A DNA stretch of 64,000 nucleotides, taken from contig CAVSHB010000002.1 of assembly GCA_963727775.1 (NCBI GenBank), positions 672,001 through 736,000 of the forward strand, written 5' to 3'. This document shows, piece after piece, positions 41,355 through 51,257 of the stretch. Numbering within the stretch: position 1 is the stretch's first letter; every line of letters starts with the position of its first letter. A program made the translations under genes and the position numbers. The notes beneath the pieces were generated by a model that saw only the letters and a program-made list of their open reading frames with translations, did no database searches and had not been told where the DNA came from. This DNA is from an uncultured Nitrospiraceae bacterium (GTDB taxonomy: Bacteria; Nitrospirota; Thermodesulfovibrionia; Thermodesulfovibrionales; SM23-35).

Positions 41355-43202
41355 TTAGAATATTATTCGAACTCCGCCTAATTCCTGAACCGAAAATATT
41401 TGTTTCTCTGTCAAAGAACCCATGAACATCATATTGTTAGGCACTCCTATTTCTTTTGAAAGGTGGTCAACAGTCTTCGGATTGAACTTTTCTTGCCGAG
41501 CTTGATATTCAATCTTCATATCAGGGAAAAGTTCACGAATTGCATTCAGATTTTTCTGCAGTTGTTCTTCTATTGATGGATCATCATGAATATAATAGCG
41601 CAATACTAAGACGTTATTGCTCACTTCATTTTGATTAATATAATTAAAAGCCCTAACTAAGCGGTTTAAATGACCTAAGCGTACAAAAAGCACCACCCGG
41701 ACATTTGTTATCTCTTCTATTTTTTCGTCAACTCCCTGACGCCACATCGAGAACTTAGCCAATGACTTGTCAATGAAAATCAAAATACCTTTGAGGATTG
41801 GAATACGGAGATACATAAGGATACCACCCGTAACAGCAGGGATAAAGTAGATAGCAAAATACCACAAAAAACGATAATCAATGATAAGATTTCCAATTAT
41901 TCCTGCAACAGTAGCTGAAGCACCTATAATTACTGTAGTCCAACTCGCAATATAGGTTCGCTTGAGTTCTTTGCGATTTACTTTTATGAGAGTATTGCCT
42001 AAGGCAAAGGCTGTCATGACTGAGAGGAAAGAGATGGTATACACTCCTGCTAGGGAAAGTAAATTCCCTTGCGTCAAATAAAGTATTGATATACAAAGGA
42101 TCATAAACCCAAAAATGATCCAAGGATAACTGCCTCGTCTGGTTGATTTGAGGAGAAATTGAGGAAAACATTGGTCCAAAGTCATGCGATGTACTAATCC
42201 ACTTACTCCTACATAACTGGTGAGCACGGCACCTGATAGCACCAAGCATGCGTCTAAGTCAATGAGTGTTTCAAGTGGATGATTACCTACCATCAATCCT
42301 AATTGGGAAAGGAGATTATCTTTTGCTTGAACAATTTGTGCCTCTGGCATTAAATTCAGAGCCAACAGCGCAATGAGCGGGTTGAATATGGTTACAGATA
42401 ACCACATATTTCTTAAAGTTATGCGAAATATACCTGATTGCTGCTGTTCAACATAGTTTGCTGAAGTTTCGAATCCGCTTACCCCCAGCATAGCAGCTGA
42501 GAACCCCAAGAAAAGTGATTTCAACCAATTGCCCTGCTGAAACATTAAATTCCAATTATTTACCCAATGCAATGGTACATGATGGACGAATATAATCCAA
42601 AGGCTTCCAAAAACAAAGATAGTAAGGGTGCCAATATGTAAAAGAAATATGATTAAGGCAACACGTGCAGAATCTTTGATTCCCGTGATAACGAGAACGG
42701 CAAAAATTATCATCACTGCTGAAGTAGTTTCCATGGATGGCAACGAAGGTACAAGATCCCTTAAATACTCTACCGACGTCTTGGCTGATACCACAGCTGT
42801 AGCAAGATAGGCGAGAAGACTAAGGCAAGCAGCAAAACCAGCATCAAACTTCCTGGTACTGTTCAATAAGCAATTATATACGCCGCCATCTAAGGGCAAA
42901 GCTTCTACTACTTCAATATATATCTTGCGATATAAATACAACACTCCTGCAACCAGAAGCAGAGCTATTGGCGCAAGGGCATGTGCGTAAACAATAGAAA
43001 TAGCCGAAACATAGAGACAGGATGAGGTGATATCATTTCCACAAAATGATGTTGCATACCAAGGTCCAAGGCCTTTTTTCTTGGCACCGTGAATGAGTTC
43101 TTCTGGTGTAAGAGCTTTTTCACCGGTTGGATGCTCTGAGAGTTCTGTTTCGGATAGATTACTCATTTCCGATGAACACGGGAGGAGAGCACTAAATGAC
43201 AA
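41355..43202 (-). CDS. APC-family amino acid permease
   Basis: CGNDITSSCLY, GVSGFETSANYVE; many TM segments; start uncertain. Confidence 0.88.
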   Translation of the reverse strand: MSFSALLPCSSEMSNLSETELSEHPTGEKALTPEELIHGAKKKGLGPWYATSFCGNDITSSCLYVSAISIVYAHALAPIALLLVAGVLYLYRKIYIEVVEALPLDGGVYNCLLNSTRKFDAGFAACLSLLAYLATAVVSAKTSVEYLRDLVPSLPSMETTSAVMIIFAVLVITGIKDSARVALIIFLLHIGTLTIFVFGSLWIIFVHHVPLHWVNNWNLMFQQGNWLKSLFLGFSAAMLGVSGFETSANYVEQQQSGIFRITLRNMWLSVTIFNPLIALLALNLMPEAQIVQAKDNLLSQLGLMVGNHPLETLIDLDACLVLSGAVLTSYVGVSGLVHRMTLDQCFPQFLLKSTRRGSYPWIIFGFMILCISILYLTQGNLLSLAGVYTISFLSVMTAFALGNTLIKVNRKELKRTYIASWTTVIIGASATVAGIIGNLIIDYRFLWYFAIYFIPAVTGGILMYLRIPILKGILIFIDKSLAKFSMWRQGVDEKIEEITNVRVVLFVRLGHLNRLVRAFNYINQNEVSNNVLVLRYYIHDDPSIEEQLQKNLNAIRELFPDMKIEYQARQEKFNPKTVDHLSKEIGVPNNMMFMGSLTEKQIFSVQELGGVRIIF

Positions 43203-43438
43203 ATGTTTCCCTTTATCTCATTCATTTTTGTCCTTTCTCTATTTACATTAACGATACTACATTTTCAACAAACTGTATATGTAAGAAAAATCATAATTTT
43301 ATGAATAATTCCCGTTGCCCAATGTAACATCGAGCCTGTAAATTATCTATTAATTAATCAATTTATTTATTGATTATTTTTTATAAGTAATGTATAAAAA
43401 ATATTAGATTTACATATTTGAGCATATGAGGAATAATT

Positions 43439-43669
43439 ATGTCTTATCAAATTAGTGATGGGACTAAAAAGCAGACACTCAGGTGCACGCGTGACTTTCA
43501 ATGTTTGAATGTCGGTTGCAACATATGCCGGACCTCAAAGAACCTTGAAAGCACTCCCATTATTAAAGGCCCTAAACATCTTTTCTGTTCTTACTTCCTG
43601 TCATATGGAACTATATTGTTTTGTCTGTGTCCCACCAGACATGAATTGCACAATCGTTATGGCGTATAA
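43439..43669 (+). CDS. Small Cys-rich hypothetical protein
   Basis: RBS GAGGA; 7 Cys; C-terminal CLCPTRHEL. Confidence 0.65.
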   Translation: MSYQISDGTKKQTLRCTRDFQCLNVGCNICRTSKNLESTPIIKGPKHLFCSYFLSYGTILFCLCPTRHELHNRYGV

Positions 43670-43744
43670 CATCATACAAAACAAATTTTGGAGCGATGAT
43701 ACCTTAAGTCGCCGCATAAAGTTTCAAATAGAAATGAGAGTCAA

Positions 43745-46657
43745 ATGAGTCGGGCAGATACTAAGGCGAAAAAGGTGAAATGCTGGGAAGTTTTCAAGTG
43801 CAAAGAGAAAAAGTGTCCGGTTTATGAAGCAAAAGAACTGAACTGCTGGCTGATCTCAGGGACACACTGTCGAAACATTATCCATGGGAAATTCATAGAG
43901 AAGATGGAGATATGCCTCGGCTGCAAAGTTTATAAGGCGAATATAGACATCCCTTCTATGAAAAAGACTGCAAAAGTCTTAGATAAACAATTTAAAAATT
44001 TCAGGAACATTGTTCGGGAAAGAGACAAAGAACTTAGAAACGTAAGCATGGAATTGGCACTTAGTTTATCCGAGGTTTTCGAGGCCCTAAAGAAGATTTC
44101 ATCCGGAGACCTTACGGTGAGGATTCCTGAAACATCTGAAGTTGAATTGATCGAAAAGTTAAAACACTTAATTAATCTCACGGCCAAAGAAATCGGGGAG
44201 ATCGTCGACCAATCCCATGAAATTGCGATAGGGCTTGCCGAGCATTTCGATGTTTTGCACAGGGTATCGAGAGGCGAATTATACACCAGGGCGTCCGGCG
44301 GTTATCAGACAGAATTATTGGAATCACTGAAAGATGTAACAAACGATATGATTGACGGCATATCAGAGAAAATCGCAGAACGAATGGAGGCGGAGGAAGC
44401 TTTAAGGATTTCTGAAGAAAAATACCGCAACCTCGTCGACAACGCCCTGGTGGGAATATGCAAGACCAATCTGAAAGGCGATGTTCTCTATGTAAATGAA
44501 GCTTTGTTAAAGATAATGGAGATTGACTCCCCTGAAACAATAACCGGGAAAGGTGTCTTATCAGCATATAATAATCCTTCTAAAAGAGAGAGTTTGATTG
44601 AAGAGCTCAGAAGAAACAATAGGATAAAAAACTACGAAGTTGAACTGCTTACAGATACGGGAAAGATAAAAAAAGTGTTGCTCAATGCGATTCTCGAAGG
44701 AGATACCATATCGGGAATGGTGATGGACCTGACCGAACATAAGAAGACGGAGGAGGCCTTGAGGGAAAGTGAAAAAAGGTTCCGGGCTATCAGCAATACC
44801 GCTGCCGACGCCATTCTCCTTATGAACAATGAAGGCAAAATCTCTTACTGGAATCCTACTGCCGAAAAGATATTCGGTTATACGAGCGAGGAAGCAATGG
44901 GAAAAGATTTGCATATGTTTCTTGCCCCCGAAAGATATCATAAAGATTACAGGAGAGGATTCAGCAAATTCAGCAATACGGGAGAAGGCATCGCTATCGG
45001 GAAGACATTCGAATTTTTTGCTCTGAAGAAAGACGGCACTGAATTCCCTATCGAGGTCTCCACTTCAGCGATACAGATTAAGGGCATGTGGCACGCTATC
45101 GGCATCGTGAGAGACGTCAGTGAACGAAAGCTGGCTGAAATAGCTTTGACAATGTCCGAGCAAAAATATCGCACTTTATTTGAAGAATCAAAAGACGTCA
45201 TCTTCATCAGCACTCCTGACGGGACCTTTCTTGACATTAATCCTGCCGGCATCGAGCTATTCGGTTATTCTTCCAGAGAAGAAATGCTCGCAATCGACAT
45301 AGCCCGGGACCTTTATGTGAATTCCGACGATAGAAAAACCTGTTTGCGGATTATCGAAGAGCAGGGATATGTAAAAGATTATGAAGTGGAATTAAAAAGA
45401 AAAGACGGAAAACATGTGATTGCGCTTATGTCGAACGGAACAGTTCGGGACAACAAAGGAGAAATCATTGCGTATCGCGGAATCATTAAAGATATTACCG
45501 AACGGAAGCGTCTTGAGCAGCAGCTTCTTCAAGCGCAGAAAATGGAGGCGATAGGTCAACTTGCAGGGGGCATCGCCCATGATTTTAACAACATACTTAC
45601 TGCAATAATAGGGTATGGGAACATTATAAAAATGCAGATAGATAAAGACACCTCACTCAGCGCCTATATGACTTACATCCTCGATTCAGCTGAAAGGGCC
45701 GCCAAACTTACCCAGGACCTTCTGGCCTTCGGCAGAAGGCAGATGATCAGGCCAAACCCGGCAAACCTGAACGAGATCATAAAAGGGGTGGAGAAGATTT
45801 TACTCAGACTGATCGGTGAAGATATAGAGCTTTCAATATTTCTTTCAGAGAAGGACCTGACAATAATGGCGGACAGCACCCAGATAGAACAGGTATTGAT
45901 GAACCTTGCCACAAACGCAAGGGACGCAATGCCTGAAGGGGGGAGTTTAATCATTACCACAGATATTGTCGAAATCGATGAGCGGTTCATAAAAGTTTAC
46001 AACTACGGGAAAGCGGGCAAGTTCGTACTCATTACTGTCTCGGACACGGGCATCGGCATGGACGAACAGACAAAAAGCAGGATTTTCGAGCCGTTCTTCA
46101 CAACAAAGGAGATTGGAAAGGGGACAGGTCTCGGGCTTGCAATGTCGTATGGAATAGTGAAACAACATTATGGATTTATAAATGTATATAGCGAACCTCA
46201 AAAGGGCTCTGCATTCAAAATATATCTGCCCTTAATAAACGTTGGGAGTGTAAAAGTCAAGGAAAGAGAATTAGTAACGACACAAAAGGGAACGGAGACG
46301 ATCCTCCTGGCAGAAGACGATATGCTGGTCCGACAATTTTTACGTGATGTGCTTGAAGGCGCCGGATATACCATATTAGAAGCAGCGGACGGGGAGGATG
46401 CGATAAAGGTTTTCAATGAGGGCAAAGATAAAATCCGTATGCTCATCCTCGATGTCATAATGCCGAAGAAGAACGGCAAAGAGGTTTATGAAGCTATAAA
46501 AAAGACAAGTCCTCATATTAAAGCTATTTTTACGAGCGGTTATAGCGCGGATATTATTTACAAAAAAGGGGTCCTGGAAAGGGGGCTTGAAGTTATTCCC
46601 AAGCCTGTTTCATCAGATACCCTATTAATAAAGATAAGAGAATTATTGGACCGCTGA
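43745..46657 (+). CDS. Hybrid sensor histidine kinase (Cys-rich two-CW N-terminus, HAMP-like, 3 PAS, HisKA, HATPase, REC)
   Basis: CWEVFKC..CWLISGTHC; GGIAHDFNNIL; GKGTGLGL; LDVIMPKKNG. Confidence 0.93.
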   Translation: MSRADTKAKKVKCWEVFKCKEKKCPVYEAKELNCWLISGTHCRNIIHGKFIEKMEICLGCKVYKANIDIPSMKKTAKVLDKQFKNFRNIVRERDKELRNVSMELALSLSEVFEALKKISSGDLTVRIPETSEVELIEKLKHLINLTAKEIGEIVDQSHEIAIGLAEHFDVLHRVSRGELYTRASGGYQTELLESLKDVTNDMIDGISEKIAERMEAEEALRISEEKYRNLVDNALVGICKTNLKGDVLYVNEALLKIMEIDSPETITGKGVLSAYNNPSKRESLIEELRRNNRIKNYEVELLTDTGKIKKVLLNAILEGDTISGMVMDLTEHKKTEEALRESEKRFRAISNTAADAILLMNNEGKISYWNPTAEKIFGYTSEEAMGKDLHMFLAPERYHKDYRRGFSKFSNTGEGIAIGKTFEFFALKKDGTEFPIEVSTSAIQIKGMWHAIGIVRDVSERKLAEIALTMSEQKYRTLFEESKDVIFISTPDGTFLDINPAGIELFGYSSREEMLAIDIARDLYVNSDDRKTCLRIIEEQGYVKDYEVELKRKDGKHVIALMSNGTVRDNKGEIIAYRGIIKDITERKRLEQQLLQAQKMEAIGQLAGGIAHDFNNILTAIIGYGNIIKMQIDKDTSLSAYMTYILDSAERAAKLTQDLLAFGRRQMIRPNPANLNEIIKGVEKILLRLIGEDIELSIFLSEKDLTIMADSTQIEQVLMNLATNARDAMPEGGSLIITTDIVEIDERFIKVYNYGKAGKFVLITVSDTGIGMDEQTKSRIFEPFFTTKEIGKGTGLGLAMSYGIVKQHYGFINVYSEPQKGSAFKIYLPLINVGSVKVKERELVTTQKGTETILLAEDDMLVRQFLRDVLEGAGYTILEAADGEDAIKVFNEGKDKIRMLILDVIMPKKNGKEVYEAIKKTSPHIKAIFTSGYSADIIYKKGVLERGLEVIPKPVSSDTLLIKIRELLDR

Positions 46658-46777
46658 AACCATTATCATATCCAAAATTGATTTCGTCTTTTTATGATTT
46701 CGTTTTTTTCAGGGAAGAACGGTATAATATTTTGACGGTGGTGGATATTATTATTCTCAGGAAAAGGGGAAATCGCG

Positions 46778-47074
46778 ATGGCGAAAAACAAAGACGATAA
46801 ACGGCTCATTCAGGATTTCAGATTACGTCAGAGCCGTCAATTCCTTGCTATAGCTGTAACGCTGATACTGCTTATATTTCTTACTTTAATATATAAACGG
46901 CCTGATATCTTCGGAAATGTTCCAAAGGATATTATATTTGCAGTGCAGGTTATGAGCATCGCTGCGTTTATCGGTTTCAGCTCTTTTAACTGGAGATGCC
47001 CCTCGTGTAAAAAATATCTGGGCGCAGATATCAACAGATGCATATGCAGACGCTGCGGGACAAGATTGCAATAA
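46778..47074 (+). CDS. Small 2-TM protein with C-terminal zinc ribbon
   Basis: NWRCPSCKKY...CRRCG. Confidence 0.7.
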   Translation: MAKNKDDKRLIQDFRLRQSRQFLAIAVTLILLIFLTLIYKRPDIFGNVPKDIIFAVQVMSIAAFIGFSSFNWRCPSCKKYLGADINRCICRRCGTRLQ

Positions 47075-47116
47075 GGGGAAACTTAAAGAAAAGACGTTTT
47101 TATAGGAGCTAACTTT

Positions 47117-47461
47117 TTGGGAAACAGACCTCGGAAAATCAGGAGACTTCAGCCGAAAAAACCGGTAGAAGGCAAAACCGTTGCTGAAATTGTCAGGGAA
47201 TTAAAAGAGAGCACACCGTCTGCCGTCGATTACAGGGAACAATCCCTGAAAATCCACGGCCTGTTCTGCGCAAAATGCGGTAGAGAATTCGATTTCAAAA
47301 GCCGGAATCTGTTGACTGTGCACCACAAAGACGGGAACCGCCTGAATAACCCTCCTAATGGCTCTAATTGGGAGAACCTTTGCGTTTATTGTCATGACGA
47401 TGAACACAGCAGGGGACTTCTCGGAGATTATCTGAAAGGGAAAGACAGGAGACAGATTTAG
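47117..47461 (+). CDS. YajD-family HNH nuclease
   Basis: YREQSLK..CAKCGREF..LTVHHKDGN..NWENLCVYCHDDEHSR. Confidence 0.88.
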   Translation: MGNRPRKIRRLQPKKPVEGKTVAEIVRELKESTPSAVDYREQSLKIHGLFCAKCGREFDFKSRNLLTVHHKDGNRLNNPPNGSNWENLCVYCHDDEHSRGLLGDYLKGKDRRQI

Positions 47462-47463
47462 AT

Positions 47464-49965
47464 ATGCCACGAAGTAAAGTAACTCCCGCACCATCGCCGG
47501 AATCGGGTGAGGATATCCGCACGGGACTGAGCGTTCAAGCTATCAGGCAATCCTTGCTTGATAATCTCTACTTCCACCTCGCAAAAATTTCGCAGACCGC
47601 AACGCTGAGCGACTGGTACACCGCGCTTGCGTATACAGTCCGGGACAGGATGATGCAACGCTGGGTCAAAACGCTCGGGAACTTTACGGAAGATCTTACG
47701 ATGGTTGCATACTTGTCTGCCGAATTTCTTTTAGGACCACAACTCGGTAATAACCTCATCAACCTCGGTATCTATAATGAGACCTTTCAGGCTGTTAAAG
47801 GGTTAGGTCTTAATCTGAACGAACTTATCGGACAAGAGAAGGAACCCGGTCTCGGCAACAGCGGCGTTGGAAGGTTCGCGGCCTGCTGCATGGATTCACT
47901 ATCAACGACCGGGATCCCGGCGATCGGGTACGGGGTGCGATACGAGTTCGGAGCGTTTACCCAGGAGATCCGGGACGGGGGGCAAGTCGAAATGACCGAC
48001 AAGTGGCTTCGCGCCAGCAACCCCTGGGAGGTCTCGCGCCCCGATATCACTTACAATATAAATCTCGGCGGCAGCACGGAGTCGTATTATGATGAGCAGG
48101 ACTGCTTCAGAGTGCGGTGGATTCCAAAGTTTTCTATCAAAGGGACTGCTTATGATACACCTTTATCCGGCTATAGGAGCGCTGCGACGAATCTGCTGCG
48201 TCTCTGGAAATCCGATTCTATCGAATCCTTTGACTGCGACGCCTTTAAAAACGGGGACTACTTCGGAGCGCTTAACGAGAAGATCGCTTCGGAATCAATC
48301 GGCAAGATACTCTATCCCGATGACGAACCATACGCCGGCAAACAGTTGCGGCTTGCCCAGCAGTATTTCTTTGTATCGTGCGCTCTCCAGGATATGATCC
48401 GCCTGCACCTCCTGCGCTGGAAAAACATCAGTTCTTTTTCTAACTCCTTTGCCGTGCAGCTGAATGATACCCAACCCGCGATTGCCGTGGCAGAACTCAT
48501 GAGACTATTGGTGGATGAACATCTGGTGAACTGGGACAAAGCCTGGTACATCACTCAGGACACCTTTTCATATACAAACCACACTTTTTTACCTGAAGCA
48601 GTCGAGAAGTGGCCGCTGTCTTTATTTGCGGGCATTCTCCCGAGGCACCTTGAAATCATCTATGAAATAAACCGGCGCTTCCTTGACGAGATATGGCTGA
48701 AATATCCCGATAATAACGAGAAGCTGTCCCATTTCTCTCTCATCGACGAGAGTGACCAGAAATATGTCAGGATGGCGCAATTGGCGGGACTGGGAAGCCA
48801 CACAATCAATGGGGTTTCAGAAACACACTCAGAGCTGCTTAAGGGTTCTATACTCCCCGAGCTTTATGAAGTATATCCCGAGAGGTTCATTAATATAACA
48901 GCCGGAGTGACACCCAGACGCTGGGTTATACTAAGCAACTCGAGGCTCGCTGGGCTTATCACAGATACAATCGGCGACCGATGGGTCACACAACCGGAAG
49001 AACTAAAAAAGCTTGAACCCTTTGCCGGCAACAAAGACTTTATTAAAAAGTGGCAACAGGTCAAGCTTGAAAATAAACGTGATCTCTCGCGAATCATTTA
49101 TGACAGGACAGGGACCACTGTCGATCCCGGCATGCTCTTCGACATCCAGATGAAGTGTCTGAGTGAGCACAAACGACAGCACCTTAATGTCCTCCGCATA
49201 ATAACTCTTTACAACGGGATCAGGAAAAATCCAAGCGCGAGCATCACTCCGCGTGCGTTCATCTTCGGAGGCAAATCAGCTCCCGGCAATTTTACAGCCA
49301 AGCTTATTATAAAACTGATCAATTCCGTTGCCGAAATGGTAAATGATGATCCGGACGTAGCAGGACGGTTGAAGGTTGTTTTCTTCCCGGACTTTAACGT
49401 AAAGAACGGACAAATGATTTACCCGGCTGCCGATCTCTCCGAACAAATATCTACTGCGGGGAGGGAAGCCTCGGGGACAGGGAACATGAAATTCTCCATG
49501 AACGGAGCTTTGACCATAGGCACGGCGAACGGGGCGAATATCGAGATAAGTCATGAAGTGGGCGCCGAAAACTTCTTCCTTTGCGGGTTGACGGCAGAAG
49601 AAGTATATAACATAAAATCTCAGGGCTACAATCCTATGGTTTACTATAGCGCCGATCAGGACTTAAAGGAAGCGATCGATCTTATCAGCTCCGGGTTCTT
49701 CTCCAAAAAAGATACAAACATGTTCAAGCCTTTGATTGACTCACTCCTTCGCCGTGATGAATACATGTCGCTGGCCGATTACCGGTCTTACATCGATTGC
49801 CAGGACCGCATAGACATTGCGTTTAAGGACCAGGAAAAGTGGACGCAGATGTCTGTCCTCACTGTTGCCCGGATGGGGAAGTTCTCATCTGACAGGGCCA
49901 TCCGCGAGTATAACGAAAAAATATGGCATGCCTCGCCTTTGAAAACCGACACGGAGAATGCATAA
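47464..49965 (+). CDS. glgP: Glycogen/maltodextrin phosphorylase family protein with a divergent active site
   Basis: YLSAEFLLG, EASGTGNMKF, FSSDRAIREY. Confidence 0.9.
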   Translation: MPRSKVTPAPSPESGEDIRTGLSVQAIRQSLLDNLYFHLAKISQTATLSDWYTALAYTVRDRMMQRWVKTLGNFTEDLTMVAYLSAEFLLGPQLGNNLINLGIYNETFQAVKGLGLNLNELIGQEKEPGLGNSGVGRFAACCMDSLSTTGIPAIGYGVRYEFGAFTQEIRDGGQVEMTDKWLRASNPWEVSRPDITYNINLGGSTESYYDEQDCFRVRWIPKFSIKGTAYDTPLSGYRSAATNLLRLWKSDSIESFDCDAFKNGDYFGALNEKIASESIGKILYPDDEPYAGKQLRLAQQYFFVSCALQDMIRLHLLRWKNISSFSNSFAVQLNDTQPAIAVAELMRLLVDEHLVNWDKAWYITQDTFSYTNHTFLPEAVEKWPLSLFAGILPRHLEIIYEINRRFLDEIWLKYPDNNEKLSHFSLIDESDQKYVRMAQLAGLGSHTINGVSETHSELLKGSILPELYEVYPERFINITAGVTPRRWVILSNSRLAGLITDTIGDRWVTQPEELKKLEPFAGNKDFIKKWQQVKLENKRDLSRIIYDRTGTTVDPGMLFDIQMKCLSEHKRQHLNVLRIITLYNGIRKNPSASITPRAFIFGGKSAPGNFTAKLIIKLINSVAEMVNDDPDVAGRLKVVFFPDFNVKNGQMIYPAADLSEQISTAGREASGTGNMKFSMNGALTIGTANGANIEISHEVGAENFFLCGLTAEEVYNIKSQGYNPMVYYSADQDLKEAIDLISSGFFSKKDTNMFKPLIDSLLRRDEYMSLADYRSYIDCQDRIDIAFKDQEKWTQMSVLTVARMGKFSSDRAIREYNEKIWHASPLKTDTENA

Positions 49966-50032
49966 TTAGGTCAATTGAGAATAAAAATTAGAATTAAAGA
50001 TGATAAATATCTGTGACATAACAAACAGTTTC

Positions 50033-50620
50033 TTAATGAAAAAATGGAATGCGGAATATTAATAGATAACCATTAAGCATAAATAGGCTTCCCAATCCGG
50101 CAGCTATCAAAGCAAAAAGGAATATGTATCTGGAAACTGCGAGAATAGAGATTGAAGCCATAACAATAGAAATTTGGAGCAGGACCTCCGCATAGTCAAA
50201 GTAAGGGTCTTTGCTACGATTTACGTCACGCTCATGTTCGAGATCCTTGGCATCCTGTTCGATCTTTTTCTTCTCAGCATTAAAGCGCAGTTCTTCGTCG
50301 CTTACTTTTTTCAGCATTGTTTCATATTTTTCTCTGACTTCCGGTTTTATTGAAGCTCCCCATTTGAGCAGGTCCGCTTCTATACGCATCTTCTCGATTT
50401 TATAGAAATGTTCCCGGATCACCTTAGACTGATAAAATGCCCACTGGTCAGAAGATTGCTGTTGCGCAAGAATCATCTCCTTCATCGCATTATTCCCTCC
50501 CAATGAGGTGATAGCGAGAATAACAGCAAAAATAGCGGTAGTGAGTGCGACCCGTCTTGTGAACTGTTTACCTCTTGCTTCTTCGAGTTCCTCAGTATTC
50601 GGAAGTTCAACTTCAGGCAT
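50033..50620 (-). CDS. DUF4337 family protein
   Basis: SDQWAFYQSK, AEVLLQISIVMAS; start moved to ATG 50620 after RBS AAAGGAG. Confidence 0.85.
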   Translation of the reverse strand: MPEVELPNTEELEEARGKQFTRRVALTTAIFAVILAITSLGGNNAMKEMILAQQQSSDQWAFYQSKVIREHFYKIEKMRIEADLLKWGASIKPEVREKYETMLKKVSDEELRFNAEKKKIEQDAKDLEHERDVNRSKDPYFDYAEVLLQISIVMASISILAVSRYIFLFALIAAGLGSLFMLNGYLLIFRIPFFH

Positions 50621-50675
50621 TAAATTCACTCCTTTCCAAAGATTTGTTTTAAATAACTTTTTTTTATTAATCTCC

Positions 50676-50801
50676 ATACCCCGCCGTCTCTGCGGCGGGC
50701 ACCTTACGTCGTCGGGGTGCAGGGCGTCGGAGCGAAGCGCAGACCCTTGCCGACCCACGGGGTCTAATACCCCGTGGTGTCGAAACGAGCAAAGCGAGTT
50801 T
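50676..50801. repeat. GC-rich multi-hairpin element (REP/MITE-like or structured RNA)
   Basis: CCCGCCG/CGGCGGG and CCACGGGGT/ACCCCGTGG stems; ATACCCCG twice; AT-rich flanks. Confidence 0.65.
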
Positions 50802-51257
50802 AGTTTATTATATGACTTTATTTTGAAAATTACATTGAATATGATAAGTTTGCCCCGGATATATAATGCTCTTGGTTGAATAACAGCTACGTCCTAAAAA
50901 TACGGAAACCTTAAAGACTCGACCAAGATGGACAGTTCTCATGGTAAGATTATATCCATAGTTTCCATAATAGCTATTTACCAATATCTGGATATCTATA
51001 TGACATTTGTGTAAAAAAATGCTAAGTTTATAGTATGAAAATTGGATTCCTATTAATTCGTGTAAAAAATATTTAATTGGAGAAAATAAAGGCTGAAAGA
51101 ATTATTCTTCGTGGATGATTGCCCGTTTCAGTTTTTCCATTACAATAGAAGTAACCCCCGATATCCTGATAGTGTATGAAATCTTTGCGGTCGGCAAAAA
51201 CGCTGGGCGATCTTGAGGCGTTATCTCGGTGTATAAACTGTCACAGCTAACAAATTA

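Noticed and set aside
50621..50879. N-terminal extension of the DUF4337 ORF and the opposite-strand 123-aa ORF
   Set aside because: They are read through the GC-rich palindromic element; the RBS sits before ATG 50620.
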